From NCBI GenBank assembly GCA_964016885.1, contig OZ024745.1, positions 76,756,001 to 76,820,000 on the forward strand: 64,000 bases of DNA, given 5' to 3'. Source of the stretch: Eledone cirrhosa. Lineage: Eukaryota. A program made the translations under genes and the position numbers. The notes beneath the pieces are model-generated. The model had not been told where the DNA came from. It did no database searches and saw only the letters and a list, made by a program, of their open reading frames with translations. This document shows positions 13,365 through 27,562 of the stretch, in pieces (within the stretch, counting starts at the first letter, position 1; each line of letters opens with the position of its first letter).

Positions 13365-13723
13365 GAGAAGAATGAATATATATATATAAATGGAATAGAA
13401 TGAAACGAAATTTCATTTCTCACTCTTAGTACGGCACTTACTTAAATGTAAGTATGTATGTATGTATACGTACATACATATATGTATACAGACGTACAGT
13501 AGTATGTATATATATACATACATGCACACATATATATATGCACGTATCGGTTTACCGAACATTTATTATAATGCTCGGTTTGTTTGTTTGTAAACAAACA
13601 AACAGCCCGAATTATGCCGTACACTGTTTAGGCAACCACGTCACCGTTTATATATGTATGTACGTATACACACATACTTACATATATATATATATATAGA
13701 GAGAGAGGAGAGATATAAATTAA

Positions 13724-13898
13724 TTGTTTCTACTTTAGGCACAAGGCCAGCAATATCCAGTACATTACAGGTACTTTATTTTATCGACCCCGTAAGGATG
13801 AAAGGCAAAGTTAACCTCGGCGGGATTTGAACTCAGACTGTAAAGGGACGTAACTATGCTAGAAAGCATGGCGTCCAACCCTCTACCGATACTGCCAA
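13724..13898 (-). mobile_element. SINE family 1
   Basis: Near-full-length match to 23811-23998. Confidence 0.8.
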
Positions 13899-14519
13899 AT
13901 ATATAAATTAATATATAGTAATTCGTTTCCAAATGCGAAAACAGATAATAGTAGGTGAAGAAATTATATATCTGTCGAAACAGCAAGAGCTCAGCCGTCG
14001 GGCCCCTACTCATTCTTTTATATATATATATATATATTTCTGATGTATAACATTGACGTATGAAAATAGTGATGGTGAGACTAAAAATTAGGTGCATTTC
14101 AAGCTATGTCTCTTGTGATATTTGTTCTGCACCAAGTTAAAAGCACTCCCTTCTCAATCTTGCTGCTGGAAATGAAATGAGCTAACGGTCTTATTCACCA
14201 ATTGTGATATAAAAAGAATTATCCGAAATATGTGTCCTTGTTCAATTTGTGAACGATTAGTTTCTAATGTTACAAATTAATATTTCACCAGTTAAAGGTT
14301 GTACATTGTATAGCAGAAAACTAAATGTGTTACTATACTTAGTTTTACTAGTGTGGCCTAAAGAATTTGCATGTTTTATAAATTATCGGTCTACAAATAT
14401 CTTCATAACATTGTTTTATTATGCATAAAATTTCATTCATGTCTTCAACTTTATTCAATGGTTAAGGTTTAAAGCATAATATTCAAAATTGTGTTTGTAA
14501 AAGGCAATGAGAAAGTCTC

Positions 14520-14850
14520 ATTCTCACTTATATACACATATATACACCAGGTCCAAACAAAAAACAACAACAACAAACACTCACTGTCTCCGTCTCTCCC
14601 ACTCTCCCCATCTCTCACTATTGTGAGCAAATGGGGGCTCACACAGCCATGGTGGACTGGGCACCCCGCAGCCCCGGTGGATGGACTAGAGAAGGCGTTT
14701 CCCTGGAGCATGATGGAGATATGCTGGAAGAGCCATTCCAGTTCACGAGGCTCACACCTGTTTGTAGCCAACTCTGTGCTGCTGGTGGTGAGCAGAGAGG
14801 TGGCTCTAGAGCCACGAACACCAGACTTGTCCACTGCCATGGGCTTGACT
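14520..14850 (-). mobile_element. CRE-like degenerate 3' end (second copy)
   Basis: Homologous to 7085-7400. Confidence 0.6.
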
Positions 14851-15260
14851 GCAAACCTGTCAGAGAGCGACTGATATTCAAAATTCTTTCATTATCTTCA
14901 AGATTTCACTTATATTTTTGATTTTGTTCCATGGTTAATGTTATTGAAGGGTATCACTTGAACACACAAATGCTGTCTGTAACAAGCAGAATAATATCAT
15001 AGGTCCGTATGTTTGCTTTTCATCACCTTGAGGTCAATAATAAATACTAGATATCTATTGTAGTTGATTCAATCAAGTATCGTTTCTTCTTTATTGCTTT
15101 TGTTTATTATATTTCTAATGGAATACACCTCATTTCAATAGATTAATTAATAATTTTGAGAGATTTACTAAAATTATTATTCCACTGTATGAACCTGTAA
15201 CTTCTAATAGAGTTGTGTGGGTGCTGTAATGACACAGCATTTCTTGAGCATGTTGTTTAA

Positions 15261-15949
15261 CCCTTTAGCATTTAAACCAGCCATATTTTCAAACTGGCCA
15301 TAACTGGCTGCTGATACTGACATTAAGGTATTGTTCTCAAAATAAATAATGTCCTTTTGATAAAAAGAATTTTAACACTAACACTGATAAATCAGTGAGA
15401 GCTTCTGTATGGTAACTCAACCTGTTAGAAATAGCAACCAAATCACTCTCAAATTTTACTTTACTATTTAAAAAAATTATCCCTTTTGATACCAACCGAC
15501 CAACCCAAAACTGCCTTAAAGGCTTCCTATATTAATTAAAACCTTGCAACATAATTTGAGATAAGGACCTTTTGTTATGCTATAATGGAAATATAATTTA
15601 ATAAATCTTTCAGATTCTTTATCAATTAAAGGAAATACAGTGTATATCATTAGAAATATGGCCATGAAAGAAACATATAGTTTGAGATACACGGTTTGAA
15701 ATACAGTTTGAAATAAAAAAATAAAACGATAAAATAGTCACAACTGAAACACATTTAACCCGACCGTATCCGGCCAGAATTTTCTCACCACTTTCTGTTT
15801 AAACCAGCCATAACCAGCTGATCATACTTATGTTAAGGTATTGTTCTCAAAATAATTAATATCAAAATCTCATAGATTTGATATTATGTGAGATAGTGTT
15901 TACCATAAATATACAATAGTAAATATAGGGTAATGTAAATGCTATAGGG
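15261..15949. mobile_element. piggyBac-like non-autonomous element pieces
   Basis: TTAA|CCCTTTAGCATTTA at 15261 and TAAATGCTATAGGG|TTAA at 15949. Probably two partial copies. Related copies at ~17060-17270 and ~23320-23533. Confidence 0.6.
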
Positions 15950-18397
15950 TTAAGCATGGGTCTCCATGATCAAGTTGTTTCACCTGCTGCCAAACAACAG
16001 AACTTTGCAACTCTCCAAATAGGCCAATGAAGGAACATCTATATGGCCACTTAACCTGCTTGAAATAACAGCCAAATCTCCCTCAAATCAGACACTATCA
16101 TTTTATATAGGAAAGGACATAACTGGATAATGTGCTTTTTTTATAGATTAGTCAAGAGGAAAGGGTTACACATTGGACCCATTGCTGACCTTCTGAGACT
16201 GGTGTGATTGATGTTCAGCTCAAACATCTCTAAATTGAAGGCTGCAGGAAAATTGTGGGTTGGAAGGTATTCTAATATGCTAAAGATCTTGGGTAGAAAA
16301 TATTAAACATAGCCTGTAGAGAAGAGGAGTATAGTATTGATGACAATTGGTGAATTTAGGTTGAATGGGATTGCAGTTAGCTAGTTCTGAGAAGAGCTAT
16401 CCTTATAATGGTTGAAAACACAGTTATGAAACAGCACATCTTAATCTTTTTGATACCAACCAAAATTGGTTTTGTTATAGGGAGGGGGGGGGGGGGTAGC
16501 AAGCAGCTGCTCGACACTTTTGTTTAAAAGTTCACTTGTGTTAGTAGTCAAGTAATCTAATTATCAGGTACATAAGTATGTATTGCTGTCTCCTAATTAT
16601 GAGACCATGTTAGCTATGCTTTTCACCACCACCATGAGGTTGATGATCACCCTTTTACAGAGGTTTTTTATGCTAGCATGGGTTGGATAGGTTGTCATAG
16701 TCCAAGACAAGGCTGGTTGGAAGAACCCTGTCTTGCTCATACATTTGTTTTGGCTTGGTTTCTATGGCTGGATGCCCTTCCTAATAGCAACTACTTCACA
16801 TAGTGTTCTGGGTATGTTTTATCATGGCATCAACACTAGAGAGGTTGTCAAGTTACTGACAAAACCAAGACACGGTGTGGTTCAATGGCTAAGAAGTTTG
16901 CTTTGCAATCATAATGTCTTGGGTTCAACCCCACAATGTGGCATATTGAGCAAGTGTCATTTAACATGGCCTCTGGTCAACCCATACCTTGTGAGGGAAA
17001 TTGGGTGGATAGAAACTGTTTGGAAGACTGCTGAATGAACAATACCTGTAACTTAATATTTACATTACTCTATATTTACTATTGTATTGTTCACAGTAAA
17101 GGCGTTATCTCACATAATTATCTCACATAATATCGAATCTATGAGATTTTGATATTATTTATTTTGAGAACCTTACCTTAACATCAGCATGAGTGGCCAG
17201 TTATGGTCAGTTTGAACAGAAAGATGTGAGGAAATTCTGGCTGGATACAGCCAGTTTAAATGCTAAAGGGTTAAAGAGCCAACCTTGTCACACACAGTCA
17301 CACAGAATCTCCTTGAGAATTTCATAAAGTGTACATGTCTCTGTAGAATGCTCAGTCACTTACATGTTCATTTTACAAGCAGGCTCTTCTATTAAAAAAA
17401 TGGGTTGAATAACATCCATGAGCTCATCTGGTCTTACTTGGAGATTCAGTCGGATCAATTAAAGACGGTTGGGTTGCTTCTGACAGGACCTGCTAGAAGG
17501 ACTGTTTGAAGACTCTGCCCCCACGACCTTCCCAGGAATAAGTGGAAGAAGAAGAAGAAGAAGGTTCTTCCACTGATCAAACAACTGGAACACTCATTGA
17601 TGGAGGTCTATTCTAAATAAATGATAAATCAAGTAATAATTCACTGATAAATCACAGATAAATCAATCACACTTTGACAAAATCAACTTATCGTTACCTT
17701 TGAACTGTGATTCTACATTTTAAAATCTTTAGTCCATTATTTAACACTTGATAAATATCAACATTTAAACCTTTTGTTATTGTATTTCTAATTATATACA
17801 ATATGTTTGTGAAAGTACATGGCTTAGTGTACACCTGATATCCCCCCTCCATACACATGCACACATGTATGTCATGACTCATACACTGTTCACTTCCCTG
17901 ACATTTGTACATTATTCTATGTACTATACATGCACTGTTGATGAGTTGTAGTGCACCTGAGCACTGTACACAATAATTTCATTATTTTTTTTTTTAAAAC
18001 CAATTTTTTTAAAGGGTTCCTATTTAAATTAAAAATTTTCAATATAATTCTGTATAAGATTTTTCTTACTTATTCTCTTAGTAATTAAATAATAATTTTA
18101 GTAAATCCCTTAATTCTTCATTAATTAAAATACGGTATTTCATTAGAAATATGGTCATGAAAAGATTTATAATGATCTTGTTTGATGCTTTTTTATTGTA
18201 TCAATCTTTACTGCTTTCCACCCAAACTCAAATAGTGTTTCTAATATAAGGACAGATTTAAAATTAATTTCAACTGCAAAAATCTGGAATAATCACATTC
18301 ATTTGATCATAGGTGTGTGTGTATGTGTGTGTGTGTGCATGTGTGTAACTCTCCACTAGAATAAGGCAAATGGAGTAATAAAAAAAAGCATCTAAAG

Positions 18398-18690
18398 CAG
18401 TGGTTCCCAACCTTTTGTGCCTCATGTGCCACCTCAACATCTCAACCATTTTTATGCCCCACTTTGATATAAAAACAGTAATGATCAACTACAAAGTGTA
18501 AACAAATTGGTGTATGGGTGATGCCAGATACAATGTGTGTAGAGGAAGTGAGACAGGAGTTTCCAACAATAATTTGTTCCAAATTTGCCTTGGTGTAAAA
18601 GTAATAGGGTAAAATCTGATGTTTGCTCTCATTAACATCATCTTAAAATTGTTCCCCTGTGGGGCATGTGCCCCATGTTGGGAATCACTG
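18398..18690. mobile_element. hAT (Charlie-like) MITE
   Basis: TIRs CAGTGGTTCCCAAC / GTTGGGAATCACTG, with a perfect 8-bp target duplication ATCTAAAG at 18390-18397 and 18691-18698. Confidence 0.9.
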
Positions 18691-19409
18691 ATCTAAAGCG
18701 AAAGAAAAAATGAACACAACACAAAAAGGTATGGATAGAGGGAGTGAAGGCAACTGGCTTCTTATAATTGAATGACATGACAAAGAAACAGGGTGAGTGG
18801 AAATAACTATTTTGATGAGGAAGGAAAGAAAAGAACCAGTTAATGAGAGAAAGAGGGGAAGGCAGAAAGGACACACACACACAGTAAGATGTACAAGGTA
18901 GAGCAGTCTGAGAGTTTTCAAGCTGTTTATCATTACAATAAAGGTTTTATCAAACCTATTCTATTATTTATCTATTCATTTATTTTTATTATTATTTTAT
19001 TACTTTTACCTAGTTTTATGACATGTCTTTGTTGCAATTTTCTTTTTGTACAGTGTTAAAGGTTATATTGTTGGAACATTGTCAACAAGTGTGTGTGTGT
19101 GTTCTGGGTTTTATTTCTTTACCAATGGTGAAACTATTGGTTACTAACTCAGAAACAAAACTCTTTGGAATTTCAACATCGACTGGGTAGTTATGCATGT
19201 ATGTTTGCAGACATAGATGTTCATTGCATGTGTGGGCCTGTATGTTTTGGCATGTATGTGTACATATACATATGTTTGCATTCCTACATGTGCGTACATG
19301 CACTTATATGCTAAATTTCTAGAATGTTTTACATAACTTCACAATGCCATTAATTGCTTGGATATGTATGTGTGTGTGTGTATATATATATATATACATA
19401 TATATATAT

Positions 19410-19762
19410 CGTGTAGGTGTCATGACAAAACGCACCCAACTCACACTGTAAAGTGGTCGTGTAGGTGTCATGACAAAACGCACTCAACTCGCACTGTAAA
19501 TAGGCCGTGTAGGTGTCACGACAAAAAGCACCCAGTCCACTTTGTAAAGTGGTCGTGTAGGCGTCACGACAAAAAAACATCTAGTACTCACTGTAAATGT
19601 GGTTTGCATTAGGAAGGGCATCCAGCTGTAGAAACCAAGCCAAAATCAGTTCTGTATGAACAAGACATGGTCACCTGACCTAGCATTCCCCACAACAGGA
19701 CAACTCGTCTAACCCATGCTAGTGTGGAAAATGGACGTAAAACGGTGATGATGATGATGATG
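19410..19762 (+). mobile_element. RTE-family 3' UTR fragment with tandem units and (GAT)n tail
   Basis: Homologous to the reverse complement of 9458-9880 and 52385-52640. Confidence 0.75.
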
Positions 19763-21335
19763 TGTGTGTATTTATGAATATGTGTGTATATGTATGGAAG
19801 ATTGTGTGTGTATGTGTGATATTCTAAACCAAAAAGCTGTACAGTCTCTCCATCTAGTTTCACCAAACCCACATTTCTTGCCTCTTGTCACTCTCGCTGC
19901 ATCTCATTTCCTAGACCTTGTACCTCATAATTCAACCACTTTGTTTTAACAACTGAAAGCTTTCTAATTCCTTTTCCATCCATGCTTTTTCTGTAAACAT
20001 TGACCTACAAATGTTTCTGATTAACAACATCAATTTCTCTAGTCTGGAAATGTTTGCAAAGATTTTCTTCAATGAATATCAACTTATAAATATCCCAATT
20101 GGATACCTGCAGTTAAACTTACAGATATCTAAATGGTTCCACCTTGGAAATGAAGAGCAAGATCTGCATTGTCAAAGTAAATGTACCTCAGCTAAATTCC
20201 AACTATGGCTTTTCTAGTTTTTCGATGACTGGAATGGCCAACTCATGTAATTAACATGTAAGTGTCTAAGTATTCTACATATATGTGTAGTGGCTGTTGC
20301 AGTGGGTGTCGCTGGCCATTATCCGTGGGAATGCTTTTGCGGTCTTGTCCACAGGGTGCAGCCCTAATACCGCCGTGCCCTAGGCCTAGAGCCCTTCACC
20401 CTCCCCCTTCCCCATTCTTCTGTGATCTTAGAGCCCTTGCCTTTCCCTTCCTTTTCCATTTTCATAACCACAAAAGACACTTGAATGTTTTTACAATAAA
20501 TCACTTAGCACTTAATGCAATTCTCAGGGATATTCAGCATGACACAGTATTATAAGGCTTGTTCTTTGAATTGCTAATACAATCACTTTGACAGGTTTCT
20601 AAACAGCTCATATCTACTCGATTTCATTCATAGAGCTTTGCTTGACCCTAGGCTAAGTTAAAGACATTTTCCCTAGGTGCCATGCAATGAAATCAAACCT
20701 ACAAACCTAGAACCGCAAGATTGTGAAGCAAGATACCTAACCAATCAGCCATGTCTGCATTCATGTAAAATGAGTATTCATATTTGATTCTGTAAGATGA
20801 CCTACAGATTTCCAAACAAACCTCAGCCGGTCATGGATGGACCTAATAGTTTTCATCACTATCCCTTTTCTGAATAACACCCATAAAGCTGTTGTTACTT
20901 ACAACAGTAGATTGTATTATTTTCAATAATAACTAGAGCAGTTAGTTGACTCAGCTAGCAACCTTGTTCCCTCAACTATCCAGAGCTTCCTAGTAAAGCT
21001 TCTACTGCACAGATAGCCTATAATTTGGCTAAGGTCACCATTTCAAATAGTGATCCTCTCCACTCTGCCTCAGGGTTAAATGTGTGGGGAATAGATAGTC
21101 CTATATGAGCGAGACACGGTCACCCGACCAACCTTGCCTCAAATTGGGACAACTCCTGTCTAACCCATGCTAGCGTGGAGGATGGACGTTAAACGATGAT
21201 GATGATGATGTATATATATGTATATATATATATATGTATATGTATATATATCAACTAGAAATTGATTGACATATATATATCTAAAATAAACATATGAAAC
21301 AATCACAGGGAATAATTTGTAAAAGTGTGTAAGTG

Positions 21336-21368
<33 letters not shown>

Positions 21369-21374
21369 GTATAT

Positions 21375-21520
21375 GGAGGCACATGGCTTAGTGGTTAGAG
21401 CATTGGGCTTGCAATCGTAAGGTTGTGAGTTCAATTCTCAGACCGGGTGATGTGTTGTTTCCTTGAGCAAGACACTTTATTTCACATTGCTCCAGTTTAC
21501 TCAGCTGTAGAAATGAGATG
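21375..21520 (+). mobile_element. tRNA-derived SINE (family 2, CORE-like)
   Basis: A box TGGCTTAGTGG, B box GTTCAATTC, then CCTTGAGCAAGACACTT. Related pieces at ~13190-13320, ~16875-17030 and ~47590-47660. Confidence 0.65.
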
Positions 21521-22264
21521 ATAGGGACCGGGGTCCTTATCATTCCACTGCAAAGTGGTCGTGGAGGTGCCACGGCAAAAAGGCGCCCAGCACTCACTGT
21601 AAATGAGGTTGGTGTTAGGAAGGGCATCCAGCTGTAGAAATCAAGCCAGAATCAGTTCCCGTCCCACCCTTGCAAGCAGGGAAAAGCGGACGTAAAATGA
21701 TGATGATGATGTATATATATATGTATATATATATGTGTATATATATATATGTGTATATATATATGTATATATATATATGTATTATTAGGTTATGCAAGAA
21801 ATGTTTAGAATTATCCTGAATGCAGTAATGGTTAATTGCTACACTAGATAGAGTCGACGTACGGTGAAGGATTACTCAATGAGTTATGAAAGAACAGTTA
21901 AAGAAACTCGGTTTCCTATTCTGTATTCCGGAGTGTAGATAAAGAATGAATAATAAAACAGGTAGACATCATAAAAAGGTAATTTATTCCGAGTGCTTAC
22001 AAATGTTTCTATAGTAGTTATACAGCCTAGTCATGCTATGTGCAAATTGGTAGTTATTTATTTGCAGATACTCAATTATCAAACTTTGTCTTTGTTCCCT
22101 CCAGGGCTGAAACAATATGTATCACTCATAAACTGAATTTCATTCTCTCAACTATAGCCTTTATTTGTGGCCTTGTACTACTTTTTATCAGAAACTAAAA
22201 AATTCATCTCTAGATAAATATCCAAAACAGTCAGATATCATGACCTAGAAATTTATATTATTCT

Positions 22265-23310
22265 ATCATCATCATCATCATCATCATCATCACCGTTTTA
22301 CGTCCGTTCTTCCATGCTAGCACGGGTTAGACGGGTTGTCCTGTTGTGGGTAGTGTCTGGTCGGCTGACCATGCCTTGCTCATACAGGAACTGATTTTGG
22401 CTTGATTTCTACAGCTGAATGCCCTTCCTAACACCAACCTCCTTTACAGTGAGTGCTGGGTGCTTTTTTTCTGTGGCGCCTACATGTCCACTTTACAGTG
22501 TGGGCTGGGTGCTTTTTTGCCGTGGCACCTCCACGACCACTTTGCAGTGGGAGGGTGTGGGGGCATATTGTCTATATGCTTCAGCTTCGGCTTGTACCCA
22601 TGGGAGGTCGGGTACTCTGTATTACTGCGTGACGCCAGAGGTCACGGTCGTGTGTCATCGCCTTTGAGAGGTGTAATTGGGTATGGACGGCTTTTATCAC
22701 CTCATCCCAGGTCTTCTTGGGTCTCCCTACTCCGTGGTTTCTATTGACTTCTAGTGCTCTGCACCTTTTTATGCAGCTGTCATCCTTCATACGCATCACA
22801 TGTCCATACCAATGCAACCGCCTCTCCTGCACACAGCATTTGATCCCTCTTATGCTCAGTCTCTCTCTCAATTCATTTATGCTTTGCCGTTCACGTATAT
22901 TACTATTACACATCCATCAGAGCATGCAGGCTTCATTTCTTTCTAATCTACGTAAGTCTTCCACCTTCAGCGCCCAGGTCTCACTACCATGTAACATTAC
23001 TGTTCATATACACTCATCATACAGTCTGCCTTTCATTTTGAGGGAAAAGCCTTTTGCAGCTAACAGTGGCAGTAGCTCCCTGAACTTCTTCTATCCCGTT
23101 CTTACCCTAGTTATTGTACTTTCTGAACACCCACCTCCGCTGCTAATTCAGTCACCTAAGTAGCAGAAGATGTCTACTGTTTCTACAGAGCCCTCCCAGA
23201 GATTGGTGGTACTTGTTTCCTGTGGCTGTTTGCTGCTTGCTGTCTCAGCACAGCTGCTACATGTGAAGCCTACATTCTTAATTAAGCTTCCTGAGATCCC
23301 GCTACATCTC
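22265..23310 (-). mobile_element. RTE-clade LINE, 5'-truncated
   Basis: Same subfamily as 52385-53942 (ERRLHWYGHVMRM, GRPKKTW), with a (GAT)n tail. Confidence 0.85.
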
Positions 23311-23779
23311 TTGTTTATATTATTCTATATTATTCTATATTTACTATTATATTTTCACAGTAAAGGCTTTATGTTACATAATTATCTCACATAATACCGA
23401 ATGTACAAAATTTTGATATTATTTATTTTGAGAACAATACCTTATGTAGGTATGAGAAGCCAGTTACAGTCAGTTTGAACAGAGAGATGTGAGAGAGTTC
23501 TGGCCGGATACAGCCGGTTTAAATGCTAAAGGGTTATTTTGAACCAAGCCTTTAGAATTTTAATTTTATCATCAACAAACTGTTTATCTATTTAAGAATA
23601 ACTCCCTGTTAATACAAACATACAATTTTACAGTTGCTGTAATCCTTCTGATCTCCATCATCATTTCTTTCAGTGTTCAACATTAACACTACCAAAATCA
23701 TTAACAAATCCTTATTCAATCTCAACTACTAATATAAATTTCATAAAACAAGATTAGTTAGCAATCTTTATTTTATTAA

Positions 23780-24192
23780 CCCTTTAGCATTCACATTATT
23801 CTATATATACAGGCGGTGGATTGGCAGTATCGGTAGAGGGTCGGACGCCATGCTTTCCAGCATAGTTACGTCCCTTTACGATCTGAGTTCAAATCCCGCC
23901 GAGGTTGACTTTGCCTTTCATCCTTACGGGGTCGATAAAATAAAGTACCAGTAATGCACTGGGTAATTGCTGGCCTTGTGCCTAAAGTAGAAACAATTAT
24001 TCTATATATATACTATTATATTTTCATGGTAAATGCTTTATCTCACATAATTATCTTACATAATATAGAATCTAAGAGATTTTGAAAGTATTTATTTTGA
24101 GAACAATACCTTAACATCAGTATGAGTGACCAGTTACAGCCAGTTTCAACAGAAAAAGGTAGAGAATTCTGGCCAGTTTGAACATTAAAGGG
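23780..24192. mobile_element. piggyBac-like MITE containing a SINE
   Basis: TTAA|CCCTTTA ... TAAAGGG|TTAA. Mirrored at 56994-57389. Confidence 0.75.
23811..23998 (+). mobile_element. SINE family 1, full length with target duplication
   Basis: A/B boxes, core and tail GTAGAAACAATT, flanked by direct repeat ATTATTCTATATATA. Further copies at 24320-24530 and 24542-24650. Confidence 0.85.
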
Positions 24193-24905
24193 TTAAAAGA
24201 ACTAATAATCTCAATCATTATAAAGATTATAAAATCACCTGGTATTGATGTCTCAGTTAAACTGCATAAATTATACCATTTGACAAGTTCAATAAACTAT
24301 TCATTATCATTATTTATAAGGGCTTGGATTGGCAGAATCAGTAGAGCATAGGACAACAAGCTTTGCAGTATAGAGTTACGTCCCTTTACGTTCTGAGTGT
24401 AAATCTCGCCATGGTTAGCTTGGCCTTTCATCCTTACGGAGTCGATAAAACAAAGTACCAGTAACACACTTTGGTCAACTTTCCCTTCCCTTCAAATTGC
24501 TGACCTTGAACCTAAATCAGAAACCATTATTTATTGAAGCAATCCTGCTGAGGTTAACTTTGCCTTTCATCCTTACAGAGTTGATAAAATAAAGTACCAG
24601 TAATACACTGGGATAATTGCTGGCCTTGTGCCAAAAGTAGAAACAATTATTTATAAGTTACTGACACTAACATGTATGTTATATTAATACATGATTTATG
24701 TCAAAGTAATTTTATGTCTCAATAAAATTATCAAGTAAACAAATTGACATTCAAATGATGCTCAAAGAAACTTTATTCTGGGTCAGAAAGGCAGATTTCC
24801 TTTCATTATACTAACTTGCAAATATCAAAAGAAAGAAGAAACAATATGTGTGAAATTTACTAAAGCTACTGAGTTTTTTCTATTGTTTATTATAGTAGCA
24901 CTTTT

Positions 24906-26575
24906 GTGCACAAACTCTTGGACCCGACTTGAAAACAGCACTAGCGGAATGGCTTCCTCCGTCAGGTACCAAAGATGCCTGCTCAGAGCAGTAGTGGCTG
25001 CTTGCGAGAGATCTCTGTCAACCTTACTGTGTCAACTCCACATAGAATTGAAGGTCATTGGATGGTGCATCAGCACATTTGACTGCTGTCAGCCAGTATC
25101 GCACGTAGAACAGAGCATTGAACATACAGATCCGGCGCAACTTTTCCATTTAAGCTTGATCATAATTGAGTCGCTCACCAAATGCATACATCTTTGTACT
25201 ATAGATGATTGTGGACATCCACCGAGCGTTATGATGTGCACCAGGCAGCATCCAATGAATTCCACGAGGAGGGGTGACACCAAGCAAGATCAACATCAAC
25301 TCGGCACATTCTCGGTAGTTGTCCCATGGAAGAGAACTCATTTTCCGATCGTCGGATGTCAGCAACTCTTGGAGGAACTTGATGTTCTCAGAACACAGAC
25401 GCTTGAGTCTCTGGTCAACAATGTTCAATGTTTTAAAGTTGGTCTTGTCCGTGAGTGACACCCAATCTTTTTTGAACCTCTTGAACTCTGGGGTGTTTGG
25501 ACTGGACATTGCTCCGAATAGTTGTTGCCACACTGCACACAAGATACGCTCCATGACATGGTGCCGACAAGCAAAATAAAACACTTTTTTGTTGAGCCTC
25601 TCTTCTAGTTTCACGCAGGCACCATTTTTCCATCCAGAATTCGAAGCAGTTGTGTCGAAGACCAAGCCCACCACAGACCCGTCAACATTCCAATCTTTAA
25701 CAAGATCAAATGATGCTTTGGCTTGGGTGGTTCCAGTGCCATCAGGAATTATGGGAACACCGAGGAGTTTACCTTCTCTGAAGTACGGAGTCCCAGCAAC
25801 AAGCTCACCTAACCTCTCGTGGTCACCAGGAATTATTTTGCCATCCCAATGCAAGGTAACAAAGTCTGGTACAGCAAATTGTTCCTTTATGTGTTCAGCC
25901 CCCACAGTTCTGATCTTCTTAGCTGCACGTCTGCTAGTATTCTTGGAGAGAGTTGTGGCGTCTATATTAGTCCCACCCTCAGAAATAATCGATGCCATAA
26001 ATGCAGTTCTCTGGCCCAGTGTCAGGTTTAAACGATCAGCCATTAGAGAAATTTTTGGACTTTGAAATGGATTCTTTGGGAGTTCCAGCTTGATTTTTTT
26101 GTTTCTTGTCTGACTTGGAGCTGTCTCTGGGTGGCCTGAAATTTGAGGCCTGAAATTCAGGATCCTGTTCATCTTCAGTTTCATCATTGGTTGAACTTGA
26201 ATCACTCAGTTCATTACGTGGAAGTTGTGCTGCTACAGATCCTGACAAACGCTTTCTATGGTTCTCTGACTCTCGATGAACCACAGAAACCTGATCACGC
26301 TTAAACTTTGAAGATACCTTTTTCTGGTAACCCTTGTCTTCAGCACCCAGAGGTACTTTTTTCTGGCAACGCAGGGCTTTGAGAAATGTAGCATCTTCCA
26401 TTTTCTGTTCATTATTACGAAGACTGTCTTTCAAAATTTTCTTTTCAGCATCAGTATGTTCAATGTAGAAATACAAATCCAATTCAGAAATATATAGTGC
26501 TTCCTTTTCTTTGTTTGACTTAGAACCTTTGTTTTTTTGTAAATTTCTGTATTCACTGTACATGTTCATAATTTT
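24906..26575 (-). pseudogene. hAT-superfamily (hATm-like) transposase, disrupted and truncated at both ends
   Basis: Motifs LHWDGK, LLGVP, FDTTASNSG, ACRHH, HHNARWM. Past the stop at 25150 it continues APSNDL and, after a frameshift, HLWYLTEEAIPL until cut at 24906. The N-terminal part is in another frame (26036-26569). The subfamily name is from memory of motifs. Confidence 0.75.
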
Positions 26576-26581
26576 CAGTAT

Positions 26582-27380
26582 ATATAAATTTTAGTACAGC
26601 ATAGACGAAGCTCTAGTATACGGCCAAGCTAGCGTGTATGCTTATTCGGTTTGTAGCTTTAGCACTCAGATGAGGTAAGACCCCAGAGTAATAACATTAT
26701 GTTCAAACAGCTTAGCAAATCAGATATAGCGGTCGGCAGTCCGACCGCATTACCAGAGCGACGAAAATACAGGACCCAGGAAAAGATTTTTTACTGACCT
26801 GGACATAACGCTGAGGCTGAGTGTAAAATATATAATCCACATGGTGTTTCCACAATATAGATCGCTATATCGCACGCAATGACAGCGCTAAGTTTCTGCA
26901 AATCCATGATCGACAAATTCCTCTTGCAGGAGTCTGCAATATAATGGCTTTTGACGACAGAACATAGGATTTACTTCTTCAGCAAGTCTTTCGTTCTTAG
27001 CCAAAGCGGGCATGCTGTGACTTTAAAGGTCGGCACAGACACATGGTTTTGTCCAAGGGAGGTAACCCCCACTTAGGCGGTGTATTCTAATTTGAGATAA
27101 AGGAATGAATCCCCTTATTCAAACCGATAAAGCACTCGAACTAGAAGTTATCAAACAAACTTAAACAATTAATTAATCAATAGAATCATCTAATAAAATT
27201 AATCAGTTAATCGTTAATTCTAGGAGTAAATATAAATTTTAGTATAGCATAGACGAAGCTCTAGCTAGCGTGTATGCTCAAGCTAGCGTGTATGCTCAAG
27301 CTAGTGTGTATGCTCAAGCTAGCGTGTATGCTTATTCGGTTTGTAGCTTCAGCACTCAGATGAGGTAAGACCCCAGAGTA
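26582..27380. repeat. ~800-bp unit bounded by ~110-bp direct repeats
   Basis: 26582-26690 is repeated at 27230-27380. The second copy has four tandem 18-mers AGCTAGCGTGTATGCTCA. Confidence 0.85.
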
Positions 27381-27502
27381 TATATATATATAAATATATA
27401 TATATAAATGAAGTAATTCTGTTGGAAAAGTCCAGGAAAAAAGAGTGCTCTATGTAGGTAACAAAGCTTAATAGTTATGTAATAAACAACATAAGGCAAT
27501 TA

Positions 27503-27562
27503 TTCCATTTACCAGTGGTTTCTTTAAAGCAAAAGATTTTGCTTTCAATCCTCAGAATGAAA
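27503..27562 (-). ncRNA. Type I hammerhead ribozyme motif (family A)
   Basis: UUUCAUU-CUGAGGA-stem II (GAAAGCAAAA/UUUUGCUUU)-GAAA-CCACUGG-UA-AAUGGAA. Confidence 0.7.

Larger units (their letters stand above)
22081..24905 (+). repeat. Left arm of long inverted duplication
   Basis: Reverse complement of 56121-59077 throughout, including unique spacers and the order of embedded RTE, piggyBac-like and SINE pieces. Confidence 0.95.

Noticed and set aside
21375-21450. tRNA-like sequences with A and B boxes (also 23811 and others)
   Set aside because: They continue into SINE bodies and do not give a clean cloverleaf, so they are SINE heads rather than tRNA genes.
24850-26065. Plus-strand ORFs of 202 and 158 aa (and similar antisense ORFs over LINEs)
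   Set aside because: Shadow frames opposite recognisable transposase/RT coding sequence, with no motifs.
26878-26990. Possible hammerhead on minus strand (CUGAAGA...GUAAAUCC/GGAUUUGC...GAAAC)
   Set aside because: A stem II can be drawn, but no compatible helix I or cleavage-site geometry was found.
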